Shown here: piece by piece, positions 8,134 to 21,093 of the stretch
Layout: the number at the start of each line of letters is the position of its first letter
Position numbering within the stretch: the first letter of the stretch is position 1
Assembly (NCBI GenBank): GCA_963825035.1
Contig: CAWGRT010000011.1
Coordinates: 18,874 to 82,873, forward strand
Length of the DNA: 64,000 bases
Reading direction: 5' to 3'
Source: Candidatus Krumholzibacteriia bacterium
GTDB lineage: Bacteria > Krumholzibacteriota > Krumholzibacteriia > LZORAL124-64-63
Notes under the pieces: generated by a model
Told to the model about the DNA's origin: nothing
Databases searched by the model: none
What the model saw: only the letters and a program-made list of their open reading frames with translations
Made by a program: the position numbers and the translations under genes

Positions 8134-9823
8134 TCAGCTCCCCGCCACCGGCTCGGGCACGTCCCACTCGGCGAAGCCCTCGACCCGCACGTTGGCCTTG
8201 CCCCGCGTGCGGACGTCGGTGGTCACGTTGTAGTTCCACTTCAGCCAGTCCGAATCGCCGCCGCCGCGCGTGGTGATCAGGAAGCGGTTGGCGATGCCGC
8301 CGAAGGAGAAGCAGCGCTCGCCCTGCCACTGGCGGTCGCCGGCGTTCACGTCGACGGGGAACCAGCCGATCTTCGGCAGGTAGATCTCGGCCCAGCGGTG
8401 GTAGGCCGTGTCCACCGACGAATCCTCGCCCCGCAGCACCATGGCGCCCACGTAGCGGGCGGGGATGCCGGCGGCGCGGCACAGGGCCACGTACGCTGAA
8501 GGTGTACTCGGAGCAGGAGCCCGTGCCCCGCTCGATCACCGTGGGTGCGATGTCCCAGCCGCCGACCATCTGGTAGTTGATGCGGCCGATCAGGAAGTCG
8601 TACAGCTTGCGCGCCTTGAAGTAGAGGTTGGTCTCGTCGCCGACGATCTCCTTGACCTTGCCCTGGATGTAGTCGCCCTGGACCCGGTACTTGTCGGCGT
8701 CCACCAGGTAGCGGTCGCGGATGTCGCGGGGGATGTCGCTCTCCTTGCCCACCAGGTGCGGGAAGATCTTGGTGGAGATCCGGTGGAAGGTGCCCGTGGC
8801 GTCCAGCCGCACCGACAGCTTCTTGCCCGGCGCCAGCTCGCCCAGGTCGAAGACCGAGACCTGCTGGCCCCACTGGTCGGTCTCCGGGCGGCCGCCCGCG
8901 GTCACCTCCAGCGACTCCAGGTCCTGGTTCGGGCCGTCGGTGGGGATGGCCACCACCATCGTGCCGCCGGTGACGGTGCCCGGTCCCAGGTTCTGCACCT
9001 CGCTGAACAGGGTGACGTGGCCGCGGCGCTCGTCCGAGCGCAGGCAGATGCCGTTCAGGGCGTAGACGTCGGTCCGGTACACGGTGTCGGTCTGGTAGTC
9101 GGACACGTGAAGGACTTTCCCGTCCAGCCACAGGCCCTCCGGCACGGGACCCGGCGAGGCGATTCCGAAGATGGTGTAGCCGGTGCGGATGTCCACCAGG
9201 TAGATCAGGTTGGCCTTGGCGTCGGCGGCCCACAGGTAGCCGTCGGGATCGAAGGCCAGGGCGTTCAGGCTGGCCGCGGGCGCCTTGATGGAGGCCAGGG
9301 TGGTGCCGTCGTAGGGATCGATCAGCTGCAGTTCGTCGCTGCCGGCCGCCGCAACCCACAGCTGGCCCTCGGCGTTGCACGCGATGCCGACCACGGGCGT
9401 CAGGGGCGACTCGATCATCCGCACCGCCTCGCCCGACTGGGGGTCGATGAAGTAGATGCGCCCGTTCTCGCGGTCGGCGGCCACCAGGTGCGCGCCGTCC
9501 CAGGCCAGCGCCGACGGCTCGTAGGCCGGATACTCCAGCGTCCGCAGCCGCTGCCCCTGCCGATCGAAGAAGACGATCGCGTCCTCGTGCCGGTCCGCGA
9601 CCGCATAGCCCTCCTTCAGCAGGACCAGGCCCTGGGCGAACCCGGCGGGCACCGGGCAGACCTCGGCGAACAGGCCGGCCGCGGCGACGGTGTCATGGGT
9701 CTCGGGGGCCGGGCGGATCTCGCAGGTCTTCGGGCCATCGATCTGGGCGGCGGCGGGAACGGGAACGGTACCGGCGGCCAGGAGGACGGCGGCGAGCAGG
9801 AAGAGGGCGGTTCGCTTGGGCAT
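8134..9823 (-). CDS. Secreted beta-propeller (NHL/YncE-like) protein fused to a transglutaminase-like cysteine protease core; one apparent frameshift near 8492
   Basis: ORF 8066..9823 carries the signal peptide MPKRTALFLLAAVLLAAGTVPVPAAAQ, the repeats and ...IERGTGSCSEYTFS. ORF 8134..8490 continues with ALCRAAGIPARYV...YHRWAEIYLPKIGWFPVDVN. Together they form the Cys-His-Asp transglutaminase core. The two frames meet at ttcagcgtacgtggcc. Confidence 0.8.
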
Positions 9824-9970
9824 GGGCTCGGCCTTTCGTCACCGGGGGGGGGGCGGAGTCGGAGTCGGCGACGATCATAGGGCACGGGAGGCTCCGGGTG
9901 CAAATCCGTCTTGGGCGGGGCGGGGCGTCGGGGCCGGAGCGGATCTCCGACCCCGTCGAAGGGCCGGCGT

Positions 9971-10906
9971 CTAGCGGCCGTAGACCTTCAGCGACTCGAG
10001 GATCCTGATCCCCTCCTCCTTGGTCAGGAACTTGCCGTCCAGCACGCAGCTCAGGCCGTCCTGCTCCCAGCGGAAACGGCCGATCTCAACGTCCGTCTTC
10101 TTGACGGCCAGGCCGCCCAGGTTGTGGCGGCTGCCCTCGCTGTGCACCTGCCAGACGACCTTCCGGCCGCCCACTGCCATCTCCTCGATGACGGGCTGGA
10201 CCAGCGTCGTGACCAACTTGCCGTCGGGGCCCACGGTCGCGGTGCACTCGGACGACGAGACCAGGGTGCTCTCCGACAGCGGGACCAGCTCCAGCACCGT
10301 TTCCAGCGAGCCGAAGCCGAAGTACAGCACGGTCATCCCGTCCGGCAGGATCATCGCCTTCTGGAAGCGCATCGTCGCCGGGATGCGCTCGTTATAATAC
10401 GTCGGCACGAGCAACGGGTGGTCCACCAGCCCGGCGGCCACGCTCAGGCTGCAGACCTCCTTGATGTAGGGATCGCCGCCCTCGGGCACCGCGGCGCCGA
10501 AGCCGCCGTACGGCGTGTCCAGCGAGACGACCTGCCCGCGCTCCTGCTGGACGTTGAACGCACCCACCAGCGAATCCAGCTGCACGTCGCTGAACCGGCG
10601 CTCGGTGACGATGGCCGTGTGCTCGCCGATGCGCAGCAGCCCCGGCAGCCTGGCCAGCGCCGCGCGGCCCTCGGGCAACGCCAGCGTGAGCGCCAGCGCC
10701 GCGGCCAGCACCCCCAGGCCGAAGGCGGGAACGGGCCGTCGGAACATGGCGAACCTCCCCCGTGGCGGGCGGGCCGGGCCCGCCCCGCGGTGATCGCGCG
10801 CGACGCGGAGCAGCAGGTCCCGGCGCAGCTCGTCGCGGATCGCGCTCGCGTCGCTGAAGTCCGTCGCGGCGAGACGCTTCTCCAGGGAGTCCCTCGGCCC
10901 GTTCAT
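9971..10906 (-). CDS. Putative anti-sigma factor (single transmembrane segment, DUF4367-like periplasmic domain)
   Basis: The internal start MNGPRD overlaps the sigma-factor stop (ATGA at 10903-10906). The TM segment is VPAFGLGVLAAALALTLAL. The C-terminal domain ends ...RFRWEQDGLSCVLDGKFLTKEEGIRILESLKVYGR. The anti-sigma assignment rests mainly on the operon position. Confidence 0.6.
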   Translation of the reverse strand: MNGPRDSLEKRLAATDFSDASAIRDELRRDLLLRVARDHRGAGPARPPRGRFAMFRRPVPAFGLGVLAAALALTLALPEGRAALARLPGLLRIGEHTAIVTERRFSDVQLDSLVGAFNVQQERGQVVSLDTPYGGFGAAVPEGGDPYIKEVCSLSVAAGLVDHPLLVPTYYNERIPATMRFQKAMILPDGMTVLYFGFGSLETVLELVPLSESTLVSSSECTATVGPDGKLVTTLVQPVIEEMAVGGRKVVWQVHSEGSRHNLGGLAVKKTDVEIGRFRWEQDGLSCVLDGKFLTKEEGIRILESLKVYGR

Positions 10907-11460
10907 CGCACCCTCCTCTCGTCGTCCAGCAGGACCCGCAGCCTGGCCAGCGCCCGGTGCACGATCACGCCCACGTTCGACTCGCTCCACCCCGTCAGCT
11001 CGCCGATGGCCCGGTTGGTGTTCCCGGCGCCGAACTTCAGGCCCAGGACGTCCCGGTCCCGGTCCGGCAGCTGGGCCAGGGCCGCCAGGAGGCGGTCCCG
11101 CTCCTGTTCGTCGATGAGGATCGACTCGGGATCGGGGACGGCGTCGCCGCCGCGGGGCCACCAGCGGTCCAGCAGCGAGCGGCGGCGGTCGCGGGTGCGG
11201 AGATGGTCGTGGACGGCGTTGCGCGCGATCGCCAGCAGCCAGGTCGCGACGGCGCCGCGGCCCGGATCGAAGGCGTCGCGCCGGTCCAGCGCCTTGTGGA
11301 AGGTCAGGGAGGTCAGGTCGTCGGCCGCGGCCGCGTCGCGCACCCGGTAACGGATGTAGTTGTAGACGCGCGGGAAGTGCTCGTCGTACATCCGTCCGAA
11401 GCTCTCGGGATCGCCCGGGTCCCAGTCCCCGGTGGGCATCACTCTCAGATCGGCTTCCAC
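10903..11460 (-). CDS. ECF (sigma-70 group 4) RNA polymerase sigma factor
   Basis: Region 2 is FGRMYDEHFPRVYNYIRYRVRDAAAADDLTSLTFHKAL...ATWLLAIARNAVHDHLR. Region 4 is LAQLPDRDRDVLGLKFGAGNTNRAIGELTGWSESNVGVIVHRALARLR. The start may instead be the second Met, at 11439. Confidence 0.9.
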   Translation of the reverse strand: MEADLRVMPTGDWDPGDPESFGRMYDEHFPRVYNYIRYRVRDAAAADDLTSLTFHKALDRRDAFDPGRGAVATWLLAIARNAVHDHLRTRDRRRSLLDRWWPRGGDAVPDPESILIDEQERDRLLAALAQLPDRDRDVLGLKFGAGNTNRAIGELTGWSESNVGVIVHRALARLRVLLDDERRVR

Positions 11461-11657
11461 CCGTCCGCTCCCCTGTTGGCGGGTCCCCCGGCGTGCTTCC
11501 GGGGATAGATACGTCCGACCCGGGGGAGTATTACACGGACGACGGCGAGAGCGGAGCCGGAAACGCTGTCCGGATCCGCGCCGCAGCCCGTATGATTAGA
11601 CTTGGCCGGGTCGGGCCGGCCGCGTCGTCAGGAGCAGGTCGCGTGCAATCCATTGCG

Positions 11658-12479
11658 ATGAAGATGGTCGGGAGTCTCGCGATCGGGGTCGTCGTCCTGG
11701 CGACTGCGGCGGTGGGCGGGGACGACGCCTTCCGGCTGTCGCGGCGGTCGACGCTGGAACCTCCGTGTCCCGGCGAACCGCTCGCTCCCGGATTCACCGT
11801 GGCCATCTCGGGCCTCGTCGCCGCGCCGGACACCCTGGCGGCCGGGGCCACCCTGGAGGACGTCGGCGTCGTGGCCACCGTCCGCACCTCGGCGTTGCGG
11901 GTGTTGGAGTTCGACCGTCGCGTCTATCCGTTCGGCACGACCGGCTGCCTGGAAGTCCGGTGCGTCGTGGACTCCGTCTACTGGGGCCTGCCCGCGGACA
12001 CCGTCACGGTCTGGCTCGCCGGCTACGACGTGCCCGGCGCCTGGAACTACGATCCGGACTGGCCGCAACGGCCGGCCGCCGCGTTCGCGCCCGGCACGCA
12101 CTGGTTCCTCAATGGCCGCCGGACCGGGGGCGGCTACGTCTGCGCGCCACCGCGGGGCGTCGGCAGCGTGCTGCCGGTCGCGGCCGTCGCGCCGATGGCG
12201 GCCCTGGGCCTGACGACGCACACGATGGACGACCTGGCGGACCAGGCGACCCTGGTGATCGACGGCCGACTGGAACGCCTGGCGGGACGCCGCGGCGACG
12301 TCCGGGTCGAGCGGGTGCTCAAGGGCGACGCTGCGGACCTGGTCCCGGTGGTCAACATCTCCCGGGCCGGCCAGCTGATGCTCCATCGCCACCTCGACGG
12401 GACGTTCCGGTTCTTCCTGGTCGGGGACGAGGGGATCTGGCGCCCGGTGGACGACCGGCTCGGCATCCTCGCGCACTAG
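11658..12479 (+). CDS. Hypothetical secreted protein
   Basis: ORF 11493..12479; the internal start MKMVGSLAIGVVVLATAAVGG looks like a signal peptide. The gene is divergent from the ECF sigma gene. I recognise no family. Confidence 0.5.
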   Translation: MKMVGSLAIGVVVLATAAVGGDDAFRLSRRSTLEPPCPGEPLAPGFTVAISGLVAAPDTLAAGATLEDVGVVATVRTSALRVLEFDRRVYPFGTTGCLEVRCVVDSVYWGLPADTVTVWLAGYDVPGAWNYDPDWPQRPAAAFAPGTHWFLNGRRTGGGYVCAPPRGVGSVLPVAAVAPMAALGLTTHTMDDLADQATLVIDGRLERLAGRRGDVRVERVLKGDAADLVPVVNISRAGQLMLHRHLDGTFRFFLVGDEGIWRPVDDRLGILAH

Positions 12480-12548
12480 CGGGCCGTCGCAGGCGGCCGC
12501 ACTCGGGCAGCGACCGGTTCCGGTCCGCACGGCGGACGAGGAGAAGCC

Positions 12549-13310
12549 ATGGGCGTGTTCTGGATCGGATTGCTGCTCACCGCATTGTCCGCCCCGCCGG
12601 CCGACCCCGGCCTCGACATCGGCGCCCTGAACCAGTGCGTGGAAACGGCCGCCGCTCGGGGCGAGGCGTGGACGCGCACGCCCATCGGGATCATCGGCTA
12701 CCTGTTCGGCGTGTCCGGGGAATGCGTCGTCGCGGGGGAGGGGGCGCCGGACTCGACGACGACGGCCTCGATGCCCACCGTGACGTTCCGGCCCGCGCGC
12801 GAAGGCCTGCCCTACCCCGATCGTTGGCTCGCGGCGACGCTGCGTCCGGTCGCCGACGGCACCTGGCGGATCGCGGCGCTGGATGTGGCGGACTCGACCG
12901 GGAGACCACGGCGGACGCAAGGCTTCGTCTTGGGGGGCCCCCCCTTCAACTTCGGTTCGCGGGGGCCGCTGGAATTCCTGGAATACCTGCGGAACCAGAA
13001 GCGCCGCTCGGTTGCCGTGATCGCGCCACGCGATTGGATCAAGGAGAAGGACCTGCCCGGCTTGGTGGCCCTCGTCGATTCGCCGGATTCGTGCGCCGCC
13101 GTGATCTCGCCGCTGTCCTCCGCGATGGCCAGGACCCGGTCGACGGTCGGCATCGAGGCCGCGTACCTCATCGAGGGGTACCGGGCCGGGACGTATCCGC
13201 CGGGGCTGGTTTCGATGTATTCGCATGCCGACGTGGCGGTGATCAAGGCCTGGTGGGCTCAAGCCCTCGGCGTCGTCGACCGGGTCGCGCGCGAGCGCGC
13301 CGGCGGCTGA
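12549..13310 (+). CDS. Hypothetical protein with an N-terminal hydrophobic segment
   Basis: 253-aa ORF starting MGVFWIGLLLTALSAPPA. Some segments have coding-like composition (EFLEYLRNQKRRSVAVIAPRDWIKEKDLPG). I recognise no family. Confidence 0.5.
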   Translation: MGVFWIGLLLTALSAPPADPGLDIGALNQCVETAAARGEAWTRTPIGIIGYLFGVSGECVVAGEGAPDSTTTASMPTVTFRPAREGLPYPDRWLAATLRPVADGTWRIAALDVADSTGRPRRTQGFVLGGPPFNFGSRGPLEFLEYLRNQKRRSVAVIAPRDWIKEKDLPGLVALVDSPDSCAAVISPLSSAMARTRSTVGIEAAYLIEGYRAGTYPPGLVSMYSHADVAVIKAWWAQALGVVDRVARERAGG

Positions 13311-13311
13311 A

Positions 13312-14133
13312 CTAGACCCACCCCTCGGTCAGCGTCTCGCCCCGGACGCCGACCACGACCTGCTTGATGGGCACCTTCCGCGACGCCTTCGCCGCCGCCG
13401 CCTGCGCCAGCCGCAGCAGGCCGCCGCAGCAGGGCACCTCCATCATCACGACGGTCAGGGTGTCGATGCGGGCCTGGTCGATCATGGCGACCAGCTTCTC
13501 CAGGTACACGTCCTGCCCGTGGTCCAGCTTGGGGCAGGCCACGGCCAGGGCCTTGCCCGCCAGGAAGCGGGCGTGGAAGTCGCCCACGCTGAAGGCGGCG
13601 CAGTCGGCGGCCAGCAGCACGTGGGCGCCCGCGAAGTAGGGGGCCGTCGGGGAGACCAGGTGCAGCTGCACCGGCCACTGGCGCAGGGCCGAGGCGCCCG
13701 CCGCCGGCGCGGCCGCAGGCGCCGTCGCCCGCGCGGCCAGGCCCACCGGCCCCAGCGTCTGGGGCGGCGTGGCCACCGGTTCGTCCACCAGAGGTCCGAA
13801 CGTCATCGTCCGCGACCCGGGGCAGCCGACCGGGGCGCCGTGCTCGCGCGCGCCGATGTGCTTGGTGATGGGATTGTCCGCCGGCCCGTCGAGGGTGGCC
13901 AGGTGCACGGCGACGGCGGCTTCGTCGAACTGGTCGGCGTCGCGCTCGTCCACGGTGATGGCGCCCCGGGGGCACTCGCCCAGGCAGGCGCCCAGGCCGT
14001 CGCAGAGGTTGTCGGCCAGCAGGTGGGCCTTGCCGCCGATGATCTGGATGGCGCCCTCGGCGCAGGACGGCACGCAGTCGCCGCAGCCGTCGCAGAGTTC
14101 CTGGTCGATGTGGACGATCTTGCGCACGGCCAT
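13312..14133 (-). CDS. 4Fe-4S dicluster ferredoxin-domain protein with a C-terminal Cys-containing domain
   Basis: The start MAVRKIVHIDQELCDGCGDCVPSCAEGAI...CDGLGACLGECPRGAI contains two ferredoxin-type Cys clusters. The C-terminus contains MEVPCCGGL. A GGAGGG RBS precedes the ATG at 14133; the ORF-track start at 14142 is a GTG. Confidence 0.8.
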   Translation of the reverse strand: MAVRKIVHIDQELCDGCGDCVPSCAEGAIQIIGGKAHLLADNLCDGLGACLGECPRGAITVDERDADQFDEAAVAVHLATLDGPADNPITKHIGAREHGAPVGCPGSRTMTFGPLVDEPVATPPQTLGPVGLAARATAPAAAPAAGASALRQWPVQLHLVSPTAPYFAGAHVLLAADCAAFSVGDFHARFLAGKALAVACPKLDHGQDVYLEKLVAMIDQARIDTLTVVMMEVPCCGGLLRLAQAAAAKASRKVPIKQVVVGVRGETLTEGWV

Positions 14134-14290
14134 GGGGCCCACCCTCCGCGGAATCGGGCCGGCGCCCGTTGCGCCGCCCCATGCGGATAAGCTTAGTCTC
14201 CTATAAAAAGGATGTCAAGGTCCACTTAATTGGATGTCGGGCGTCCGGGAATCAGGCAACGGCCGGCCACGGCATCGATAACCAACTGTC

Positions 14291-16659
<2,369 letters not shown>

Positions 16660-16764
16660 AGTCGGCTTTTCGCCGCATTCCTTCGTGTGCTAGGATGGGC
16701 TCCGCGCCGTCGCGCGGGTCTGCGCCGGCGGATGGACAGGATTCCTTGACGCGAGGGGGAGATC

Positions 16765-17488
16765 ATGCGGATTCGTCACGGCGGCAAGTCGCTGCTCGCA
16801 GTGTTGACGCTGGCGCTCGGCGCCGCGCTCTTGGCCGGAGCGGCCCCGGCGGCGGCCCAGGGGCACATGGGCGTGTTCGGCGGTCTGAACATCGCCAACA
16901 TGGGCGGGGACATGGACCGGTTCGGCGACGAGCTGGCGGTGGAACTGAACAACGAGCTCGGCGGCGATTGGACGGCAGCCAAGGGCAGCCGCACCGGGGC
17001 GACCGTGGGCGCCTTCTACTATCTGCCCACCGGCACCGGCGTGGGCCTGCAGTTCGAGGGCCTGTACGTGGGCCGCGGGACGAGGTTCGACCTGACCGAC
17101 CGCAGCACGAACCTGACGGCCGAGACCAAGTTCAAGCTGAGCTACCTCGAATTCCCCATCCTCCTGCGCTACGAGCCGCCCATGTCGGGCAGGACGGGCT
17201 CATGTTCCTGGTGGGCCCGGTGATCGGCTTCAAGACGGCCGCGGACCTCGAGGTGACCGCCCAGGGCCAGAGCCAGTCCGCGGACATGAGCGAGGGCTTC
17301 AAGTCCACCACCTTCGGCGCCCTGGCGAGGGATCGGCGTGAAGGTGGCCAGCGGGGCCGCCACCAACCTGTTCCTCCAGGCCCGCTACTACCTGGGCCTG
17401 AGCAACGCGTTGGACGACAACGTCTATGACAGCAAGTCGCAGGACTTCAGCGATCCTCGCCGGCCTGGAGTTCGGGCTCGGCAGATAG
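16765..17488 (+). CDS. Porin-family outer-membrane beta-barrel protein, at least 3 apparent frameshifts
   Basis: Signal peptide is MRIRHGGKSLLAVLTLALGAALLAGAAPAAAQG. Alternating beta-strand patterns include GATVGAFYYLPTGTGVGLQFEGLYVGRG and FKLSYLEFPILLRYE. The reconstruction continues in other frames with MFLVGPVIGFK, GIGVKVASGAATNLFLQARYYLGLSN and a terminal ILAGLEFGLGR-stop. Confidence 0.6.
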
Positions 17489-17512
17489 GGCCTACCGGTC
17501 GTTTCCCATGAA

Positions 17513-17547
17513 GTGGCCCTGTTCCCCCGGGTGGGGAATGGGGCCAC
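17513..17547 (+). terminator. Compound GC hairpin after the OMP gene
   Basis: The sequence gtggccc-tg-ttcccc-cgggt-ggggaa-tg-gggccac gives 13 paired positions. It lies 25 nt after the reconstructed stop. There is no clear T-tract. Confidence 0.4.
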
Positions 17548-17812
17548 GTTCCCTTCCGGGAATCCCCGCCTGGGACATCAAGAAAACACTTAATCACCCC
17601 CATGACCGGTCGATGTTTCGCGGGAATGCGAAATCATTGCGCGCAATGCCGTCCAGGTCGTGGCAAGCGCGCGTCGGCCGAATCGTGCGGCGGAATCCCG
17701 CTGGTGAGGGTTGTCCATGGCCATCAAGACCGATCGACGAGCCGAGACGATGCCGTGACCCGGGACCAGGAGGAACCGGCGGCCGCCGCGTGCGCCCGAG
17801 CCCGAGGACGAC

Positions 17813-19654
17813 ATGGAGTTCCTCGACGAGTTCATCACCGAGTGGATGGACCACCTCGAGGCCTCCCAGAACGCCCTGCTCGGCCTGGAGGAGGATCCCG
17901 GGGACATGGAGGCGCTGAACGCCATCTTCCGGGCGTTCCACTCCATCAAGGGCGGCGCGGGCTTCGTCAACCTGCTGGATCTGCAGAAGCTGGCCCACCG
18001 CGCGGAGAACCTGCTGGACCGGGCCCGGAACGAGGAGATCCAGATCACCGGCGGCTACGCCGACATCGCCCTCGAGTCCACCGACACCCTGCGGGCCATG
18101 ATCGCGGACATCGCCGCCGCGCGGCGGGCCGGTGGCGGACCTGCCGGACAACTACGAGAACCTGATCGACAAGCTGGAATGCCCCGAGAACTTCGTGGGG
18201 AGCGCCGCGCCGCGGCCGCGGCTCCCGAAGCGGCTCCGGAGCCGACGGTGGCCGCCGGCCGGGCCGCGGACGTGCCGCCGCGGAGACGAGCCTTCGACAT
18301 GCCCGAGATCCCCGACGCGGAACTCGGATGCCGGCCGCGAGTCGCCGACGGCGGCGCCGACGATGAGGACCCGCGACGACGCCTACGGCCGCCGGCCGAG
18401 GGCCCGGCGCCGGCCGCCGCCGGCGACCGAGCCGCGGCCAAGCCCGCCGCCGCCGCCGCCGAGAGCACCACCATCCGCGTGCAGACCGACCGCCTGGACC
18501 GGCTGATCAACATGGTGGGCGAGCTGGTGGTGGCCCACTCCATGATCGAGCAGGCCGGCACGGCGAGCAGCGCGGGCGGCGACCGCTTCGGCCGCAACGT
18601 CGCGCTGCTGGGCAAGATCACCCGCGACCTGCAGGGCCTGAGCATGTCCATGCGCATGGTGCCCCTGAAGGCCACCTTCCAGAAGATGAAGCGGCTGGTG
18701 CGCGACCTCGCCCGCAAGACCGACAAGACCGTCGAGTTCGTCACCGAGGGCGAGGACACCGAGATCGACCGCAACGTGGTCGAGCTGGTGACCGACCCCC
18801 TGGTGCACATGATCCGCAACTCCATGGACCACGGCATCGAGAACCCCGAGGGCCGCCGCGCCGCCGGCAAGCCCGAGCGCGGGCACGCGTGGTCCTGCGC
18901 GCCTACCACGCCGACGGCAACGTGGTGATCGAGGTGGAGGACGACGGCCGGGGCCTGGACCCCGAGCGCATCCTGGCCAAGGCCATCGAGAAGGGCCTCG
19001 TCGGCGAGCGCCGCGACCTCTCCAAGCGCGAGATCCTGAACCTGGTGTTCGCCCCGGGCTTCTCCACGGCCGAGAAGGTGACCGCGGTCAGCGGCCGCGG
19101 CGTGGGCATGGACGTGGTCCGGCGGAACATCGAGAGCGCCCACGGCCGCATCGACATCGATTCCGAGGTGGGCCGCGGCTCGCGCGTGACCATGCGCATC
19201 CCCCTGACCCTGGCCATCATCGACGGCATGCTGATCCGCGTCGGGGCGGAGAACTTCATCGTGCCGACCCTGTCGGTGCGGCAGGCCTTCCGGCCCGGGC
19301 GCCGACGCCCTGACCACCATCGTCGAGCGCGGCGAGATGGTCCGGCTGCGCGACTCGATGATCCCCATCTTCCGCCTGGCCCACCTGTTCGGCATCGAGG
19401 GTGCCCGGGAGGAGGTCTCCGACGGGCTGCTGCTGCTGGTGGAGCCCGGCAACGGCACCCAGTACGCGCTGCTGGTGGACGAGCTGCTCGGCAAGCAGCA
19501 GGCGGTGATCAAGTCGCTGGGCCAGGGCATCGGCGAGGTGCCCGGCATCTCGGGCGCGGCGATCCTGGGCAACGGACACGTGGGACTGATCCTGGACGTG
19601 GGCGGCATCCAGCGCCTGGCCCAGCAGAGGGGCGTCGCGGCGGCGGTCTCCTGA
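17813..19654 (+). CDS. cheA: Chemotaxis histidine kinase CheA, at least 4 apparent frameshifts
   Basis: HPt domain is NAIFRAFHSIKGGAGF. Dimerisation and kinase regions are TIRVQTDRLDRLINMVGELVV, HMIRNSMDHGIE, VIEVEDDGRGLD and VSGRGVGMDVV. The CheW-like C-terminus is FIVPTLSV...LLVDELLGKQQAVIKSLG...GAAILGNGHVGLILDV. The pieces are ORFs 17813..18928, 18132.., 18889.. and 19337..19654. A GAGGA RBS precedes the ATG at 17813, and an in-frame TGA 18 codons upstream excludes an earlier start. Confidence 0.9.
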
Positions 19655-19698
19655 CCGGCGCCCGGCGCGGCCAACGACGAACGACGGAGGAATCGAAC

Positions 19699-20228
19699 AT
19701 GACCGCAATGGCCCAGACCACCCAGACCGCGACGCGGGACCTGGGCGGCAAGTACCTGACCTTCATCGTGGCGGACGAGGAGTACGGGCTCGAGATCCTC
19801 AAGGTGCGCGAGATCATCGGCATGATGGACATCACCAAGGTGCCGCGCACGCCCCACTTCGTCAAGGGCGTGATCAACCTGCGCGGCAAGGTGATCGCCG
19901 TCGTCGACATCCGGCTGCAAGTTCGAGCTGCGAGTCGGTGCCGTACACCGAGCGAGACCTGCATCATCGTGGTCGAGGTCAACGGCACGGAGATCGGCCT
20001 GATCGTCGACCGCGTGTCCGAGGTGCCGCCACATCGAGCAGGCCGAACATCGAGGACGCGCCGTCGTTCGGCGACCGCTGCTCGACACCGAGTTCCTGCT
20101 GGGCATCGGCAAGATCGACGGGCAGCGTGATGATGCTGCTGGACATCGACCGCGTCCTGGCGACGTGGCGCGATCACCGAGCTGCCGGTCGACGCCAGGC
20201 GGCGCGTAGAAGGCCGACGGCGCCATGA
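19699..20228 (+). CDS. cheW: Chemotaxis coupling protein CheW, at least 7 apparent frame changes
   Basis: The protein starts MTAMAQTTQTATRDLGGKYLTFIVADEEYGLEILKVREIIGMMDITKVPRTPHFVKGVINLRGKVIAVVDIRL. It continues with PYTER, CIIVVEVNGTEIGLIVDRVSEV, HIEQAE, IEDAPSFG, LLDTEFLLGIGKIDG and SVMMLLDIDRVLA, scattered over all three frames. The stop overlaps the cheR start (ATGA at 20225-20228). Confidence 0.8.
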
Positions 20229-21086
20229 CGACGTGCGACTGCGGCCCCGACGAATTCCAGCTGACGTCGAGCAGTTCGAGGTCATCCGGGACCTCGTGCG
20301 CCGCGTCGCGGGCATCAGCCTGCGGCGACGGCAAGCGCGACCTGGTGCGCTCGCGCCTCAACAAGCGCCTGCGCAGCCTGGGGCTGGAGTCGTACGAGCG
20401 AGTACATCGAGATCGTGCGCAACGACCGCAGCGGGCCAGGAGATCGCGCGCGCTGCTGGACGCCATCTCCACCAACGTCACCCACTTCTTCCGGGAGCCG
20501 GCCGCACTTCGAGTACCTGACCGAGCGTGCTGCAGCCGGCAGGGCGACGTGCGCTCCGCGCCGCGGGCGTCTGCGGATCTGGAGCGCCGGCTGCTCGTCG
20601 GGGGAGGAGCCCTACACCATCGCCATGACCGTGTCCGAGGCGCTGGGCTCGCTGGCGGGCTGGGACGTGCGCATCCTGGCCACGGACCTCTCCACCAACG
20701 TGCTGGAGAAGGCCCGGCGCGCGGTCTACCCCGCCGAGGCCGTGGCCAGGATGCCGCGGGCCCTGGTGGCCAAGTACTTCGAGCGGCGCCGGCGCCAGGC
20801 GAGCGGGGACGACGTCGCGGTCAAGGCCCCGGTGCGCGCGGCTGGTCGCACTTCGGCCGGCTGAACCTGATGGGGCCCGTGGCCCATGCAGGGTCCCTTC
20901 GACGCCATCTTCTGCCGCAACGTGATGATCTACTTCGAGAAGCAGACCCAGGCCGAACTGGTGGGACGCTACGGCGAGCTGCTGGCCCGCGACGGCCTCC
21001 TGTTCATCGGCCACTCCGAGAACCTGACCGGTTACGCCCACGGCTTCAAGTCCGTGCGGCCGACCGTGTACCGCAAGACGGACTGA
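20225..21086 (+). CDS. cheR: Chemotaxis protein methyltransferase CheR, multiple apparent frameshifts
   Basis: The recognisable pieces are EQFEVIRDLVRRVAGISL, GKRDLVRSRLNKRLRSLGLESYE, LLDAISTNVTHFFREP, LRIWSAGCSSGEEPYTIAMTVSEALG...WDVRILATDLSTNVLEKARRAVYP and GPFDAIFCRNVMIYFEKQTQAELVGRYGELLARDGLLFIGHSE. Confidence 0.85.
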
Positions 21087-21093
21087 AAGGAAC

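Noticed and set aside
18055-20481. 808-aa minus-strand ORF across cheA/cheW, and the 807-aa ORF 53152..55575 (-) across hybC/hybD
   Set aside because: They are antisense to genes with unmistakable CheA and hydrogenase motifs. Only the last part of 53152..55575 (from MKQYAERP) looks coding, and that part is treated within the epimerase feature.
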